DNA from: the human T2T-CHM13v2.0 reference genome, Homo sapiens
NCBI RefSeq assembly: GCF_009914755.1
Contig: NC_060939.1
DNA: 64,000 nucleotides
Reading direction: 5' to 3' (one strand)
Part shown: positions 42,600 through 64,000 of the stretch, piece after piece
Position numbering within the stretch: position 1 is the first letter of the stretch
How the letters are laid out: each line of letters opens with the position of its first letter
Made by a program: the position numbers and the translations under genes
The notes under the pieces: model-generated
What the model was told of the DNA's origin: nothing
The model's database searches: none
What the model saw: the letters and a program-made list of their open reading frames with translations, nothing else

Positions 42600-43049
42600 T
42601 ACCATGTAGAGTGAACAATGTGGGAGACATGATACTTTGATAGTTTGAGGCTTAGACATGAAGAGGCCTAGGAGCTTTAATTTCACCCTCTTGAAGTGCT
42701 GACCTACCGTGTAAAGAATCATAAATACCTTGCTAGTATGGAAGAGGAGTGGGGCACATGGAGAGAGATAGGTCTTGGAGAATGAAAAATGAAAGAGAGG
42801 AGAGAGAGGCCCAGCCGGTCCCCAACTCTTCCAGTCTCTCTTGTTGACTGGAAGCCAGACATGTGAGCAAAACCATGTTGGATCCTCCAACCTCAGTTAA
42901 GCTATCCTAGCCAACACCATGTGGCAGAGACAAACTATCATCATTGAGCCTCACCCAAATCACAGACCATGAGCAAGTAAATAATGGCAGCTGTTTTAAG
43001 CCACAAAATTTGGGGCTGTTTTGTTATGTAGAAACAAATAACAGAAGCA
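42600..43049. mobile_element. MLT1 (G/H-like) LTR
   Basis: GCCAGACATGTGAG...TGTTTTAAGCCAC...TTGTTATGTAG. Confidence 0.65.
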
Positions 43050-43350
43050 GGGTTTAATAGCAGATTAGATACAGCTGAAGTGAGCTACTGATCTGGAAGA
43101 TGGATCAAAAGGAAAGATATTCAGACAGAAGCTCAGAGGAAAAAAAAAGGGAGGAAAAAACAGAAAAGAACATAGTATACTCACACCAACTTTCTATTAG
43201 CTAGTATTTGTAAGTTAGTATTCTTTTTCTCTGAGATATGGTGAAAAATCTAATATGAAGTCCCAAATGATGATGAGAGGGAGAGAATGGAATAGAAGCA
43301 GTATTTGAAGCAGTGATGGTCATGAATTTGCCAAAACTGATTAACAATAC

Positions 43351-44032
<682 letters not shown>

Positions 44033-44075
44033 AGATATCAAGCCATAGATTAAACAGTATTTTGAACATCAATCA

Positions 44076-44431
<356 letters not shown>

Positions 44432-44797
44432 CCCAGCAACCATAATAGTAAAATTGTTGAAACCCATAGACAATGAGAATATATAAAAAGAAGACAAAGG
44501 CAAAAACACATTATCTTCAAAGGTGCAGCACAAAGAATGATAGCTGATTAATCAGCAGAAAGAAAATAACTAGCAACCTAAAATTCTAAAGCAAACTTCT
44601 TTCAAATAAAAGAGAAAGACAATTTTTAGACAAATATAAACCTAGAGAATTTATCAGCAGCAGACTTGCGCTAAATGAAAAACTAAAGGGAGCTAGTCAG
44701 GTGGAAAGAAAATGATCCCAGACAAACAGCAAGATGCAGGACAAAATGAAGAACGATAGAATAAATATTTGAGAAAATCTAAAGAAAAATAAAATGA

Positions 44798-45212
<415 letters not shown>

Positions 45213-45249
45213 TAATACAGAAAGTGACAAAAATATGAACATACTACAT

Positions 45250-46715
45250 TTTAGTTTTTATTATTATTTTCAACTTTTGTTTTAGGTTCAGAGTTTATAT
45301 GTGCGTGTTTGTTACATGAGTAAATTGTGTGTTGCTAAAGTTTGGTATATGAATGATCTCGTCACCCAAGTAGTGACTATAGTACATGGTAGGTAGTTTT
45401 CACCCCTTCCTTCCCCCTTCTCTTTTGGAGTCCCAGTGTCTATTGTTTCCATCTTTGTGTCCACATGTACTCAATGTTTAGCTCCCTCTTTTAAGTGAGA
45501 ACATGCAGTATTTGGTTTTCTGTTTCTGTGTTAATTTGCATAGGATAATGGTCCCCAGCGGCATTCATGTTGCTGGAAGGACATGATTTTGTTCTTTTTT
45601 ATGGCTGCATAGTATTCCATGGTATATAGGTACCACATTTTCTTTATCCAGTCCACCGCTGCTGGGCATCTGAATTGATTCTCTGTCTTTATTATTGTGA
45701 ACAGTGGTGCAATGAACATACCAGTGCATGTGTCTTTCTGGTAGAACAAATTATTTTTCTTTGGGTATATACCCAGTAAGGGGATTGCTGGGTTGAGTTG
45801 TAGTTCTAATTTACTTGAGAAATCCCCAAACTGAACTAATTTACATTCCTCCCAACAGTGTATAAGCATTCCCTTTTCTCTTCAACATTGCCAACATCTA
45901 TTGTTTTTTTGACCATTTAGTAATAGCCATTTTGATTGGTGTGAGATGGTATCTCACTGTGGTTTTGATTTGCATTTCTCTAATGATTAGTGATATTGAA
46001 CATTTTAAAATATATTTGTTGGCCACATGTATGTCTTCTTTTGAGAAGTGTCTGTTCATGTCCTTGGCACATTTTTAAATGGGGATGTTGTTTTTTTCTT
46101 GTTAAGTTCCTTATAGATTCTGATATTAGACCTCTGTCAGATGCATAGTTTGTGAGTATTTTCTCCATTCTGTAGGTTGTCCGCTTACTCTGTTGATAGT
46201 TTCTTTTGCTGTGCAGAAGCTCTTTAGTTTAATTAGGTCTCATTTGTCAATTTTTATTTTTATTGCATTTATTTTTGAGGACTTAGTCATAAATTATTTG
46301 CCTAGGCCGATGTCTAGAATGGTACTTCCCAGGTTTTCTTCTAGGATTTTTATAGTTTTAGGTCTTACATTTAGGTTCCTAGATTTTCTCCTAGGATTTT
46401 TATAAGTTTTAGATCCTTTTGCCATAGACAAAACTAACTCTTGGGTTTTGTATATGGCAAAAGGATCTAAAACTTATAAAAGTTATATGGCAAAACAAAC
46501 GGGTTGTTTCAGTCTTCTGCATGTGGTTAGCCAGTTATTCAAGCACCATTTATTGAATAGAGTGTCCTTTCCCCATTGCTTGTTATTGTTATTGTTGACT
46601 TTGTCAAAGATCAGATGGTTGTATTAATAGGTGTGCAGCTTTATTTATGGATTCTCTATCCTATTCCATTCGTGTATGCGTCTGTTTTTGTGCCAGTACC
46701 ATGATGTTTTGTTTA
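45250..46715 (-). mobile_element. L1PA15/16-class 3' portion
   Basis: Antisense ORF2 C-terminus ([11 protein letters not shown]...KMWYLYTMEYY) and 3'UTR. Confidence 0.88.
46398..46481. repeat. Near-perfect inverted repeat, 37-bp arms, 10-nt loop
   Basis: 46398-46434 is the reverse complement of 46445-46481 with one mismatch. Confidence 0.93.
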
Positions 46716-47165
46716 CTGAATATTACGTTTTAATAAGTTAAAGATATATGTCGTGTTCTCTAAGATAACCAGTGGAAGAATAATAAAAGAATGCTCAACT
46801 AATGGAGTGATAACAAAATAAGAAAAAAACACATAATCCAAAGTGGCATGAAAGGGGAGAAGAAAGAACATGGAATAATTAATTAAATATGAAATAAATG
46901 GTCACATGATAGGGTTAAACCCAAATAAATCAGTGGCTACATTATAGGTAAATGGAAGATATAATCCAATTACAATTAAAAGATTGTCAGGCTGATTAAA
47001 AAGACAATTAACTTTATACTGTTTACAAGAGATATATCTTGAGTAACAATTTTGAAAGGTTGAAAGTAAAATGATGGAAAAATAAAAACTTTGGAAATAC
47101 CGATAGAAAGTGGCTCTGCTAAATCAGATAAAGTAGACTTTATGGTATAAAGCATTACTACAAAT

Positions 47166-47392
47166 CAGTGGTTCTCAACCAGGAGCGATTTTGCCCCCCA
47201 ATGGACTTCTGGCAATGTCTAGAGATATTTTTGATTGTCACGACTTGTGGTGAGGATGCTACTACCATCTAATGGGTAGAGGACAAAGATGCTGCTAAAC
47301 ATTCTGCAGTACACAGGACAGCACCTCCCACCCAACAAAGAATTCTCCTGCCCATGTCTTAAATGTCAATAGTGCACAGTTGAAAAATGCTG
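47166..47392 (+). mobile_element. MER20 (hAT-Charlie)
   Basis: CAGTGGTTCTCAACC...GATGCTGCTAAACAT; degenerate 8-bp TSD CTACAAAT/CTATAGAT. Confidence 0.88.
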
Positions 47393-47840
47393 CTATAGAT
47401 GAAGAAACATTACATAAAAATAAAAGGGTCAATTCACCAGAAAAAATAAAATAATTTATATACACTAATAACATTACCTCAAAATATATAAAGCAAAAAA
47501 CCTGACAGAATTAAAAGGGGAAAAGAAAAATTCAGTTATGGTGGGAGGTTTCAATACAGTTCTCTCAGGAACTGATAGAACAAGTAGACAAAAAATCAGT
47601 AAGAATATAGATGACTCAACACAAATAATAAATACAATCTTATTGATATATTTAGAATAAAGTACTAAACATCTACAGAATACACATTATTTTCAAATAC
47701 ACATGGAACATTTACCAAAATTGTCCATATGCTAGGCAATAGAGTAAGTCCTAGTAGCTTCCAAATTATTAAAATTAGGCATAGTATATTCTCTGACCAC
47801 CGTGGAATCAAGCTAGAAATCAATAACAAAAAGAAAACTA

Positions 47841-48195
<355 letters not shown>

Positions 48196-48223
48196 TTAAA
48201 CAATATATTTATTGCCTAACTTA

Positions 48224-50055
<1,832 letters not shown>

Positions 50056-50523
50056 TTGATCTTAAATACAATTTGTGTGTAGCTTTAAAAAATGAATAAT
50101 ATTTGGAACACAATGTATCTAAACTTGGGGGATGAGCTAAAGCTGTTTAGGGAATCATAAATACATATATTAGAAAAAAAGGATGAAGAACAGAAAGTTA
50201 AACCTTACAAAGGAGAACGAAAGAATGAAGAGCAGAAATTAATAAACAATAAAAATATTTCAAAGAGAGAATAAAAAATGCCCGAAGTTGGTTTATAAAA
50301 AAAAATAAATTGGACAAGCCTCTGTCAAGTCTGATCAAAAGAAGTACAGAAAGCACACATAACAAATATGAAGGGTGAAAAAGGGCACGTCATTTCAAAT
50401 CTTACAGATATTTAAAATAACAAAAAGGCCATTGTGGATAATTTTAAGTTTTGAGTTTCATTAAAAATTTTAAGTTTCATTTGAAAATATACGTGAAATG
50501 GACAAGAAAACACATCTTAACTA

Positions 50524-50840
<317 letters not shown>

Positions 50841-51887
50841 GGAAAATAAATTTCATCCATAATAAAAAAAAATACTCTTCCAAAGAAAATTCCAGGCCCA
50901 GATGGCTTCACTAGTAAGTCATAACATTTTAGGAAGAAATAATGCCAATATCACACAAACTCAGAGAATAGAAAAAGAGGGAATACTCCCTGACTTGTTT
51001 TATGAGGCTAGCACAATCTTAATACTAAAACATGACAAGTAAAACACAAGAAGGGAAAATACCAATCTCTCTCATAACATAGATTTAAAGAATCTCAACC
51101 AAAATATAAGCTAGCCAAATTCTGGTATACATAAAAAAGATAATACATATGGAAAAATTGAATATAATCTAGAAGTTAACATTTAGGAAACAATCAGTGT
51201 CATTTACCACATTAATAGATAAAGGGAGAAAAATCTCATGATTAGACATTAAGGAAAAGTGATAAAATGAAGCATACATTAAAAAAACAGTAAACTAGGA
51301 ATAGATGGGAATTTTCTTAATAAAATAAAGGGTATCTACAAAAACAACATACTTAATGGTGAAATGCTGAAACATTTCTCTAGGCTTGTGAACAAGACAA
51401 GGATATCTGCTATCACCTCTTCTATTCAAGATTGTATTAGAGTTCTTAGCCTGGAAAATAAGGTAAGAAAAAAGTGTTCAGATTGGAAAATAATACACCA
51501 TTATTTACAGATGACATAATTATGTATATAAGACTAAATGATTATAGTTAAGCTATTGCAATCAACAGGTAAATTCAGCAAGTTCATAGGCCAAAAGGTC
51601 AGTATAAAAAAATCAATTGTGGAGGTTCCAAGATGGCCGAATAGGAACAGTTCCACTCTACAGCTCCCAGCATGAGCGACACAGAAGATGGGTGATTTCT
51701 GCATTTCCAACTGAGGTACCAGGTTCGTCTCACTGGGGCTTGTCAGACAGTGGGTGCAGGACAGTGGGTGCAGCCCACCGACTGAGAGCCAAAGCAGGGC
51801 GAGGCATCGCCTCACCCGGGAAAAACAAGGGGTCAGGGAATTCCCTTTCCTAGCCAATGGAAGCTGTGACAGACAGCACCTGGAAAA

Positions 51888-52070
51888 TCAGGTCACTCCC
51901 ACCCTAATACTGTGCTTTTCCAATGGTCTTAGCAAACGGTACACCAGGAGATTATATCCTGTGCCTAGCTCGGAGGGTCCCATGCCCACAGAGCCTTGCT
52001 CGTTGCTAGCACAGCAGTCTGAGATCGAACTGCAAGGTGGCAGCGAGGCTGGGGGAGGGGCGTCCGCCAT
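51888..52070 (-). other. L1 antisense ORF0 homologue, 60 codons
   Basis: MADAPPPASLPPCSSISDCCASN...IRVGVT* follows the primate ORF0 pattern; ends about 11 codons early. Confidence 0.75.
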
Positions 52071-52641
52071 TGCTGAGGCTTCAGTAGGTAAACAAAGAGG
52101 CCGGGAAGCTCGAAGTGGGTGGAGCCCACTGCAGCTCAAGGAGGCCTACCTGTCTCTGTAGACTTCACCTCTGGGGGCAGGGCATAGCTGAACAAAAGGC
52201 AGCAGAAACTTCTGCAGACTTAAATGTCCATGTCTGACAGCTTTGAAGAGAGTAGTGGTTCTCCCAGCACGGAGTTTGAGATCTGAGAACGGACAGACTG
52301 CCTCCTCAAGTGGGTCCCTGACCCCCAAGTAGCCTAACTGGGAGGCATCTCCCAGTAGGGGCTGACTGACACCTCACACGGCTGGGTGCCCCTCTGAGAT
52401 GAAGCTTCCAGAGGAACGATCAGGCAGCAACATTTGCTGTTCCGCAGTATTCGCTGTTCTGCAGCCTCTGCTGGTGACACCCAGGAAAACAGGGTCTGGA
52501 GTGGACCTCCAGCAAACTCCAGCAGACCTGCAGCTGAGGGTCCTGTCTGTTAGAAGGAAAACTAACAGAAAGGACATCCACACCAAAACCCCATCTGTAC
52601 GTCACCATCATCAAAGACCAAAGGTAGATAAAACCACAAAG

Positions 52642-53658
52642 ATGGGGAGAAACCAGAATAGAAAAGGTGACAATTCTAAAAATCAGAGTGCCTCTTCTCC
52701 TCCAAAGGAATGCAGCTGCTTGCCAGTAACAGAACAAAGCTGGACAGAGAATGACTTTGAGAAGTTGAGAGAAGAAGGCTTCAGACAATCAAACTTCTCC
52801 GAGCTAAAGGAGGATGTTTGAACCCATCGCAAAGAAGCTAAAAACCTTGAAAAAAGATTAGATGAATGGCTAACTAGAATAACCAGTGTAGAGAAGTCCT
52901 TAAATGACCTGATGGAGCTGAAAACCATGGCACGAGAACTACGTGACACATGCACAAGCTTCAGTAGCCAATTCAATCAAGTGGAAGAGAGGGTATCAGT
53001 GTTTGAAGATCAAATGAATGAAATGAAGTGAGAAGAGAAGCTTAGAGAAAAAAGGGTAAAAAGAAATGAACAAAGCCTCCAAGAAATATGGGACTATGTG
53101 AAAAGACCAAATCTGCGTCTGATTGGTGTACCTGAAAGTGATGGGGAGAATGGAACCAAGTTGGAAAACACTCTGCAGGATATTATCCAGGAGAACTTGC
53201 CCAACCTAGAAAGGCAGGCCAACATTCAAATTCAGGAAATACAGAGAATGCCACAAAGATACTCCTCAAGAAGAGCAACCCCAAGACACATAATTGTCAG
53301 ATTCACCAAAGTTGAAATGAAGGAAAAAATGTTAAGGGCAGCCAGAGAGAAAGGTTGGGTTACCCACAAAGGGAAGCCCATCAGACTAACAGCGGATCTC
53401 TCAGCAGAAACTCTACAAGCCAGAAGAGAGTGGGGGCCAAAATTCAGCATTCTTAAAGAAAAGAATTTTCAACCCAGTATTTCATATCCAGCCAAACTAA
53501 GCTTCGTAAGTGAAGGAGAAATAAAATCCTTTACAGACAAGCAAATGCTGAGAGATTTTATCACCACCAGGCCTGCCCTAAAAGAGCTCCTGAAGGAAGC
53601 ACTAAACATGGAAAGGAATAACCAGTACCAGCCACTGCAAAAACATGCCAAGTTGTAA
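52642..53658 (+). pseudogene. L1 ORF1p, full length (339 codons) with premature stops
   Basis: MGRNQNRK...KRPNLRLIGVPE...QPLQKHAKL; TGA at 52819-21 and ~53029. Confidence 0.9.
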
Positions 53659-53721
53659 AGACCATTGAGGCTAGGAAGAAACTGCATCAACTGACGAGTA
53701 AAATAACCAGCTAACATCATA

Positions 53722-55773
<2,052 letters not shown>

Positions 55774-56232
55774 AGCTCCACGTTTAGCTGTAGTACTTTG
55801 ATAGTTTCATTTTTAAATACAAGTTTTGATTTCTTTAGAATTGTTTTTTGGTGGCGAGAGTGAATGGATATAACTCCTCTACTTTCCAATAGTTAGGCCA
55901 TTGTACAGTTTCAATTATTAAGTCATCTCCCCACTGATCTGAAATACTGTTTATCATATCCCAGATTCCTGTCTATTCTTGGGTTTATTTCTGTACTCTT
56001 AATTCTCCTCCATTGATTTATCTATTCCTGTACCAATGTTACTCTTCTATTTCTGGATATCTGGGACATTTTTGTGTGTGTGGTTTTTTTTTAGAATAAT
56101 TTTGCAAACATTTTCAACTTAAATAAAAAAGTGAATGAATATTCATTGATTTTTTTATTACACCACATTTATGAAATTGAGCATCTCTATCTAAGATTAA
56201 ATCTGTCTTTGTATTGGTTCATGTCTATTTTA

Positions 56233-56547
56233 AGTTTTTTTTCTTTTCTTTTCTTTTTTATTTTTTGAGACAGAGTCTCACTCTGTCACCTAGGCTGGAG
56301 TGCAGTGACGCGATCTCAGTTTACTGCAACCTCTGCCTCTTGGGCTCAAGCAATCCTCCCACCTCAACTTCCTGAGTAGCTGGGATTACAAGCACCCACC
56401 ACCACACCCGGCTAATTTTTCTATTTTTAGTAGAGATGGGTTTTGCCATGTTGGCCAGACTGGTCTCCAACTCCTGGCCTCAAGTGATCTGCCCACCTCG
56501 GCCTCCCAAAGTGCTGGGATTACAGGCATGAGCCACTACGCCTTGCC
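56233..56547 (-). mobile_element. Alu (Jb/old S)
   Basis: Reverse Alu. Confidence 0.9.
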
Positions 56548-56659
56548 ATATTTTATGCTGTTTTTTGATAGGTTTTAAAGATTTTATTTATTTACATCCA
56601 TATGATAGATATATGCTTAGCTTATATAAGTCCTATATATTCACTTTATTCCTAGGATT

Positions 56660-57590
<931 letters not shown>

Positions 57591-58777
57591 TGTTTTGGAT
57601 CCTGCTTTTTAGTTTTACTGTATTATTAAAACACAATGGAGTCAGATTTTATTCTACATTTTGGAATTTATGTAGGTTTTCTTTATGGCCTTACAAAAGA
57701 TTGATTTTTATAAATGTGTTGGTACTTGAAAGTATTCACTATGCTCAGGATATAGAATTCAAACTTATTGATTATATAATTCAGAGCCTTTATAGGCCTA
57801 CTTATTGTGTCTATCATGTGCAGAGTAAATGAATTATAGTCTCTTACTGCTATTATGTTTTTGGCAATTTCTTCTTATTTTCTGCAGTTTTGTCTTATGA
57901 ATTTTATTTATTGCAGAAAGATTCATGACTGCTATTACTTCACTGTGGATTGTTCCCTTTAACATTTTAAAGTCTCTCTCTGTTTTGCAAACTACTTTTA
58001 AAATTTAATTTAACCTTACCCAATTTTAATATTACTATCCTTGTATTCTTTTGGCTAAGTTTTTAAAGATTTTTATTATGGAAATTTTCAAACGTGCAAA
58101 AATATGAAAAGAAACCAGTATAATGGATATACATTGTATTATACAGTTTTAGCAAATATCAACTGTTGGACAATCTTGTTTGTATTCTGTACACATCCTT
58201 TATACCTAGGTTACTTTGAAGCAAATCCCTGATATTATATAATTTCATCTGTAAATATTTCAGTGTGTATCTCTAAAAGATAAAGACCCTTAACAATAAC
58301 TACAATACCATTATCATCCTTAAAATTGACAATAATTCCCTAATATCATTCAGTAAAATAGCCAGAGTTCAAATTCACCTAATTATTTTATAAATTTGTT
58401 AATGGTCTTTTCATTCAAATCATGAACCAGTTAAAGCCCATACGTAGTAATTATGTAATTTAAACTATAGGCTTTCCACTTCATTTATTTCTTTTCCTTG
58501 CAATGCATTTGTCAGAGATCAGATTATTTCTCTGCAGTTTCCCATTGCCTTGATTTTGAAGAGTTCATCCCCGTGGTGATGTTGCCCCTTGTTGCCTGGG
58601 CAACAAGAGTGAAACTCCATTTCAAAAAATAATAATAATAATAATTGCAAAATAATGAGTTGATTCTCTAGTATTCACCAAAGATAACTACTAATTTCTC
58701 TCTTTTTCTTGTGTTATTATAAGAATGCATGGATTTAGAATGTTTGATAGATTTCAATCCATTGAAATCATCATTTT

Positions 58778-61093
58778 TATTTATTTATTTTTTTATCAGA
58801 ATGAATTACTTTTTGAGTCATCTTTTTTTATAGGTTATTGGGATGCAGGTGGTATTTGGTTACATGAGTAAGTTTTTTAGTGATGATTTGTGAGATTTTG
58901 GTTCATGCATCACCTGAGCAGTGTACACTGCACCCTATTTGTAGTCTTTTATCCTTTGCTCCTCTCACCCTTCTCCCCAAGTCCCTAAAGTCCATTGTAT
59001 CATTCTTATGCTTTGCATCCTCATAGCTTAGCTCCCACGTATCAGTGAGAACATACGATGTTTGATTTTCTATTCTTGAGTTACTTAGAATAATAGTCTC
59101 CAATCTCATTCAGGTTGCTGAAATGCCATTAATTCATTCCTTTTTATGGCAGTAGTATTCCATCATATATGTGTGTATATATATGGTGTATATATATACG
59201 GTATATAGTGTATATATATACTATACTATACATGGTATATATACTATATACTATATATACTATATATAGTATGTATACACGCTACTATATATACTATATA
59301 TGGTATATAGTATATATACACACTACTATATATACTATATATGGCATATAGTATATATACACACTACTATATATACTATATATGGTATATAGTATATATA
59401 CACACTACTATATATACTATATATGGTATATAGTATATATACACACTACTATATATACTATATATGGCGTATAGTATATATACACACTACTATATATACT
59501 AAGTATGGCATATAGTATATATACACACTACTATATATACTATGTATGGTATATAGTATATATACACACTACTATATATACTATGTATGGTATATAGTAT
59601 ATATACACACTACTGTATATACTATGTATGGTATATAGTATATATACACACTACTGTATATACTATGTATGGTATATAGTATATATACACACTACTGTAT
59701 ATACTATGTATGGTATATAGTATATATACACACTACTGTATATACTATGTATGGTATATAGTATATATACACACTACTATATATACTATGTATGGTATAT
59801 AGTATATATACACACTACTATATATACTATGTATGGTATATAGTATATATACACACTACTATATATACTATGTATGGTATATAGCATATATATACTATAT
59901 ACTATATATGGTATATAATATATATACACTACTATATATATATACCGTATATAGTATATATATACACTACTATATATACTATATACCGTATATAGTATAT
60001 ATATACACTACTATATATATACTATATATGGTATATAGTATATATATACACTACTATATATACTATATATGGTATATAGTATATATATACACTACTATAT
60101 ATACTATATACCGTGTATAGTATATATATACCGTATATAGTATATATACACTACTATATATACTATATACCGTATATAGTATATATATACACTACTATAT
60201 ATACTATATAAGGTATAGAATATATACCGTATATACTATATACCGTATAGAATATATACCGTATATAATATATACCGTATATAGCATATATAGTGTATAT
60301 ACTATATGCCGTATATAGCATATATACTGTATATACTATATGCCGTATATAGCGTATATACTGTATATACTATATAGCGTATATAGCGTATATACGGTAT
60401 ATACTATATACCGTATATAGCGTATATACTGTATATACTATAGTATATATACGGTATATATACCGTATATAGCGTATATACGGTATATATACTATATATA
60501 CGGTATATACCGTATATATACCGTATACATAGTATATATACCGTATATACGGTATATACGGTATATATACCGTATATATACTATAGTATACTATAGCATA
60601 TATAGTATATATACTATGTACACTATAGCATATATAGTATACATACTATGTATACTATAGCATATATAGTATATATACTATATATGCTATAGTATACTAT
60701 AGTATATATACCGTGTATATACAGTATATATGGTATATTGTATACCGTGTATATACAGTATATATACGGTATATTGTATACCATATATATACTATATACG
60801 GTATATAGTATATATGCCGTATATATACTATATACCGTATATATAGTATATACGGTATATAGTATACTGTATATATACTATATACGGCATATAGTATACT
60901 GTATATATGGTATATATATTATATATACCATATATAGTATATTGTATATATACCATATATATGGTATATAGTATATATACTACATGTACATACCATATAT
61001 ATGGTATATAGCGTATATACCATATATATGGTATATAGTGTATATACTACATATACATACTATATATATGGTATATAGTATATATACCATATA

Positions 61094-61132
<39 letters not shown>

Positions 61133-61818
61133 CACCACAGGCTTAGGCAAGGATTTCATGACCAAAACCCAAAAGCAAACGCAATAAAAACAAAGATAAA
61201 TAGTTGGGACTTCATTAAAGAGCTTTTGCATGGCAAAAGGAACAGTCAGCAGAGTAAACAGACAACCCACGGAGTGGGAGAAAATCTTCACAATCTATAC
61301 ATCTGGCAAAAGACTAATCTCCAGAATCTACAAGGAACTCAAACAAATCAGAAAAAAACAGTTCCATCAAAAATTGGGCTAAGGACATGAATAGACAGTT
61401 CTCAAAAGAAGATATACAAATGGCCAACAAACATATGAAAAAATGCTCAACATCACTAATGATCAGGGAAATGCAAATCAAACCGTAATGCAATACCACT
61501 TAACTCCTTCAAGAATGGCCATAATAAAAAAAAATTAAAAAACGGTAGATGTTGGTGTGGATGCAGTGATCAGGGAATACTTCTACACTGCTAGTGCGAA
61601 CGTAAACTAGTACAGCCACTATGGAAAACAGTGTGGAGATTCCTAAAAGAACTGAAAGTAGAACTACCATTTGATCCAGCAATCCCACTACTGGGTATCT
61701 ACCCAGAGGAAAAGAAGCCATTATACAAAAAACATACTTGCACACGTATGTTTATAGCAGCACAATTTGCAATTCCAAAATTGTGGAATCAACCCAAATG
61801 CCCATCAATCAAGAAATG
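58778..61818 (-). mobile_element. 5'-inverted (twin-primed) L1PB with internal minisatellite
   Basis: Antisense 3' end from 58823, sense ORF2 piece 61141-61812, TSD GAAATCATCATTTT at 58764-77 and 61819-32. Confidence 0.85.
59164..61129. repeat. ~2 kb AT-rich minisatellite (41-bp unit grading into shorter TA-rich units) ending in (TG)n
   Basis: Unit CTATGTATGGTATATAGTATATATACACACTACT(G/A)TATATA, ~15 copies over 59280-59880; (TG)n 61096-61129. Confidence 0.95.
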
Positions 61819-62031
61819 GAAATCATCATTTTAAATTGCTACCAAAATTGTCCCATATTTGGTCTTTGGGTGCTCTTTCAAGTTATATCATGAGTCTTTT
61901 TGACATGACAATCATAGTAGTCTTTGGACATTCTTTGCTTTGTGGTACCAGATGTTTCAGATTCATCTTTTAATTTTCTTGTCCCAGATGTGGAATCAGT
62001 CATTTATCCTAGAAGCCCTGATTCTTTTTAG

Positions 62032-62442
<411 letters not shown>

Positions 62443-62559
62443 TGACTTTCAGCCTTTCAGAGACATTTTATTTTAGATGTGAGTTGTGTTTTGTTCAATA
62501 ATACATTCTGAAATTAATAGAAAATTAGGTTATTTACACGATTCTTGAATGTATAATTG

Positions 62560-64000
<1,441 letters not shown>

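Noticed and set aside
59164-61129. CRISPR-like array or Tyr/Ile-rich ORFs
   Set aside because: No unique spacers or cas genes; the ORFs are translations of TA repeats.

Overview
Human or great-ape genomic DNA containing the 5' end of HDGFL3 (HDGFRP3/HRP-3) on the minus strand. Coding exon 1 (37494->37411, [28 protein letters not shown], start of the PWWP domain) lies in a ~1.5 kb CpG island. Bases 1-37410 are intron 1 (exon 2 was not seen) and ~38-64 kb is upstream DNA. Nearly everything else is interspersed repeat (about 25 Alus, L1s of several ages, L2/MIR, LTRs, ERVL pol, DNA transposons); the other ORF-track entries are repeat-derived or GC/AT artefacts. No new multi-gene system is evident. 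Best leads: (1) a (CGG)9 tract in the likely 5'UTR, read as poly-Gly by a CUG-initiated uORF that overlaps a short AUG uORF; (2) two convergent L1PA elements joined at a 6-nt microhomology; (3) a 37-bp-arm fold-back palindrome in an L1; (4) a ~2 kb AT minisatellite inside a twin-primed L1PB; (5) an HNRNPA1 3'UTR retrocopy; (6) a probable divergent spliced transcript; (7) a MER41 LTR with an intact GAS site. Repeat subfamily names are by eye from remembered consensus, and edges are approximate unless TSDs are given.
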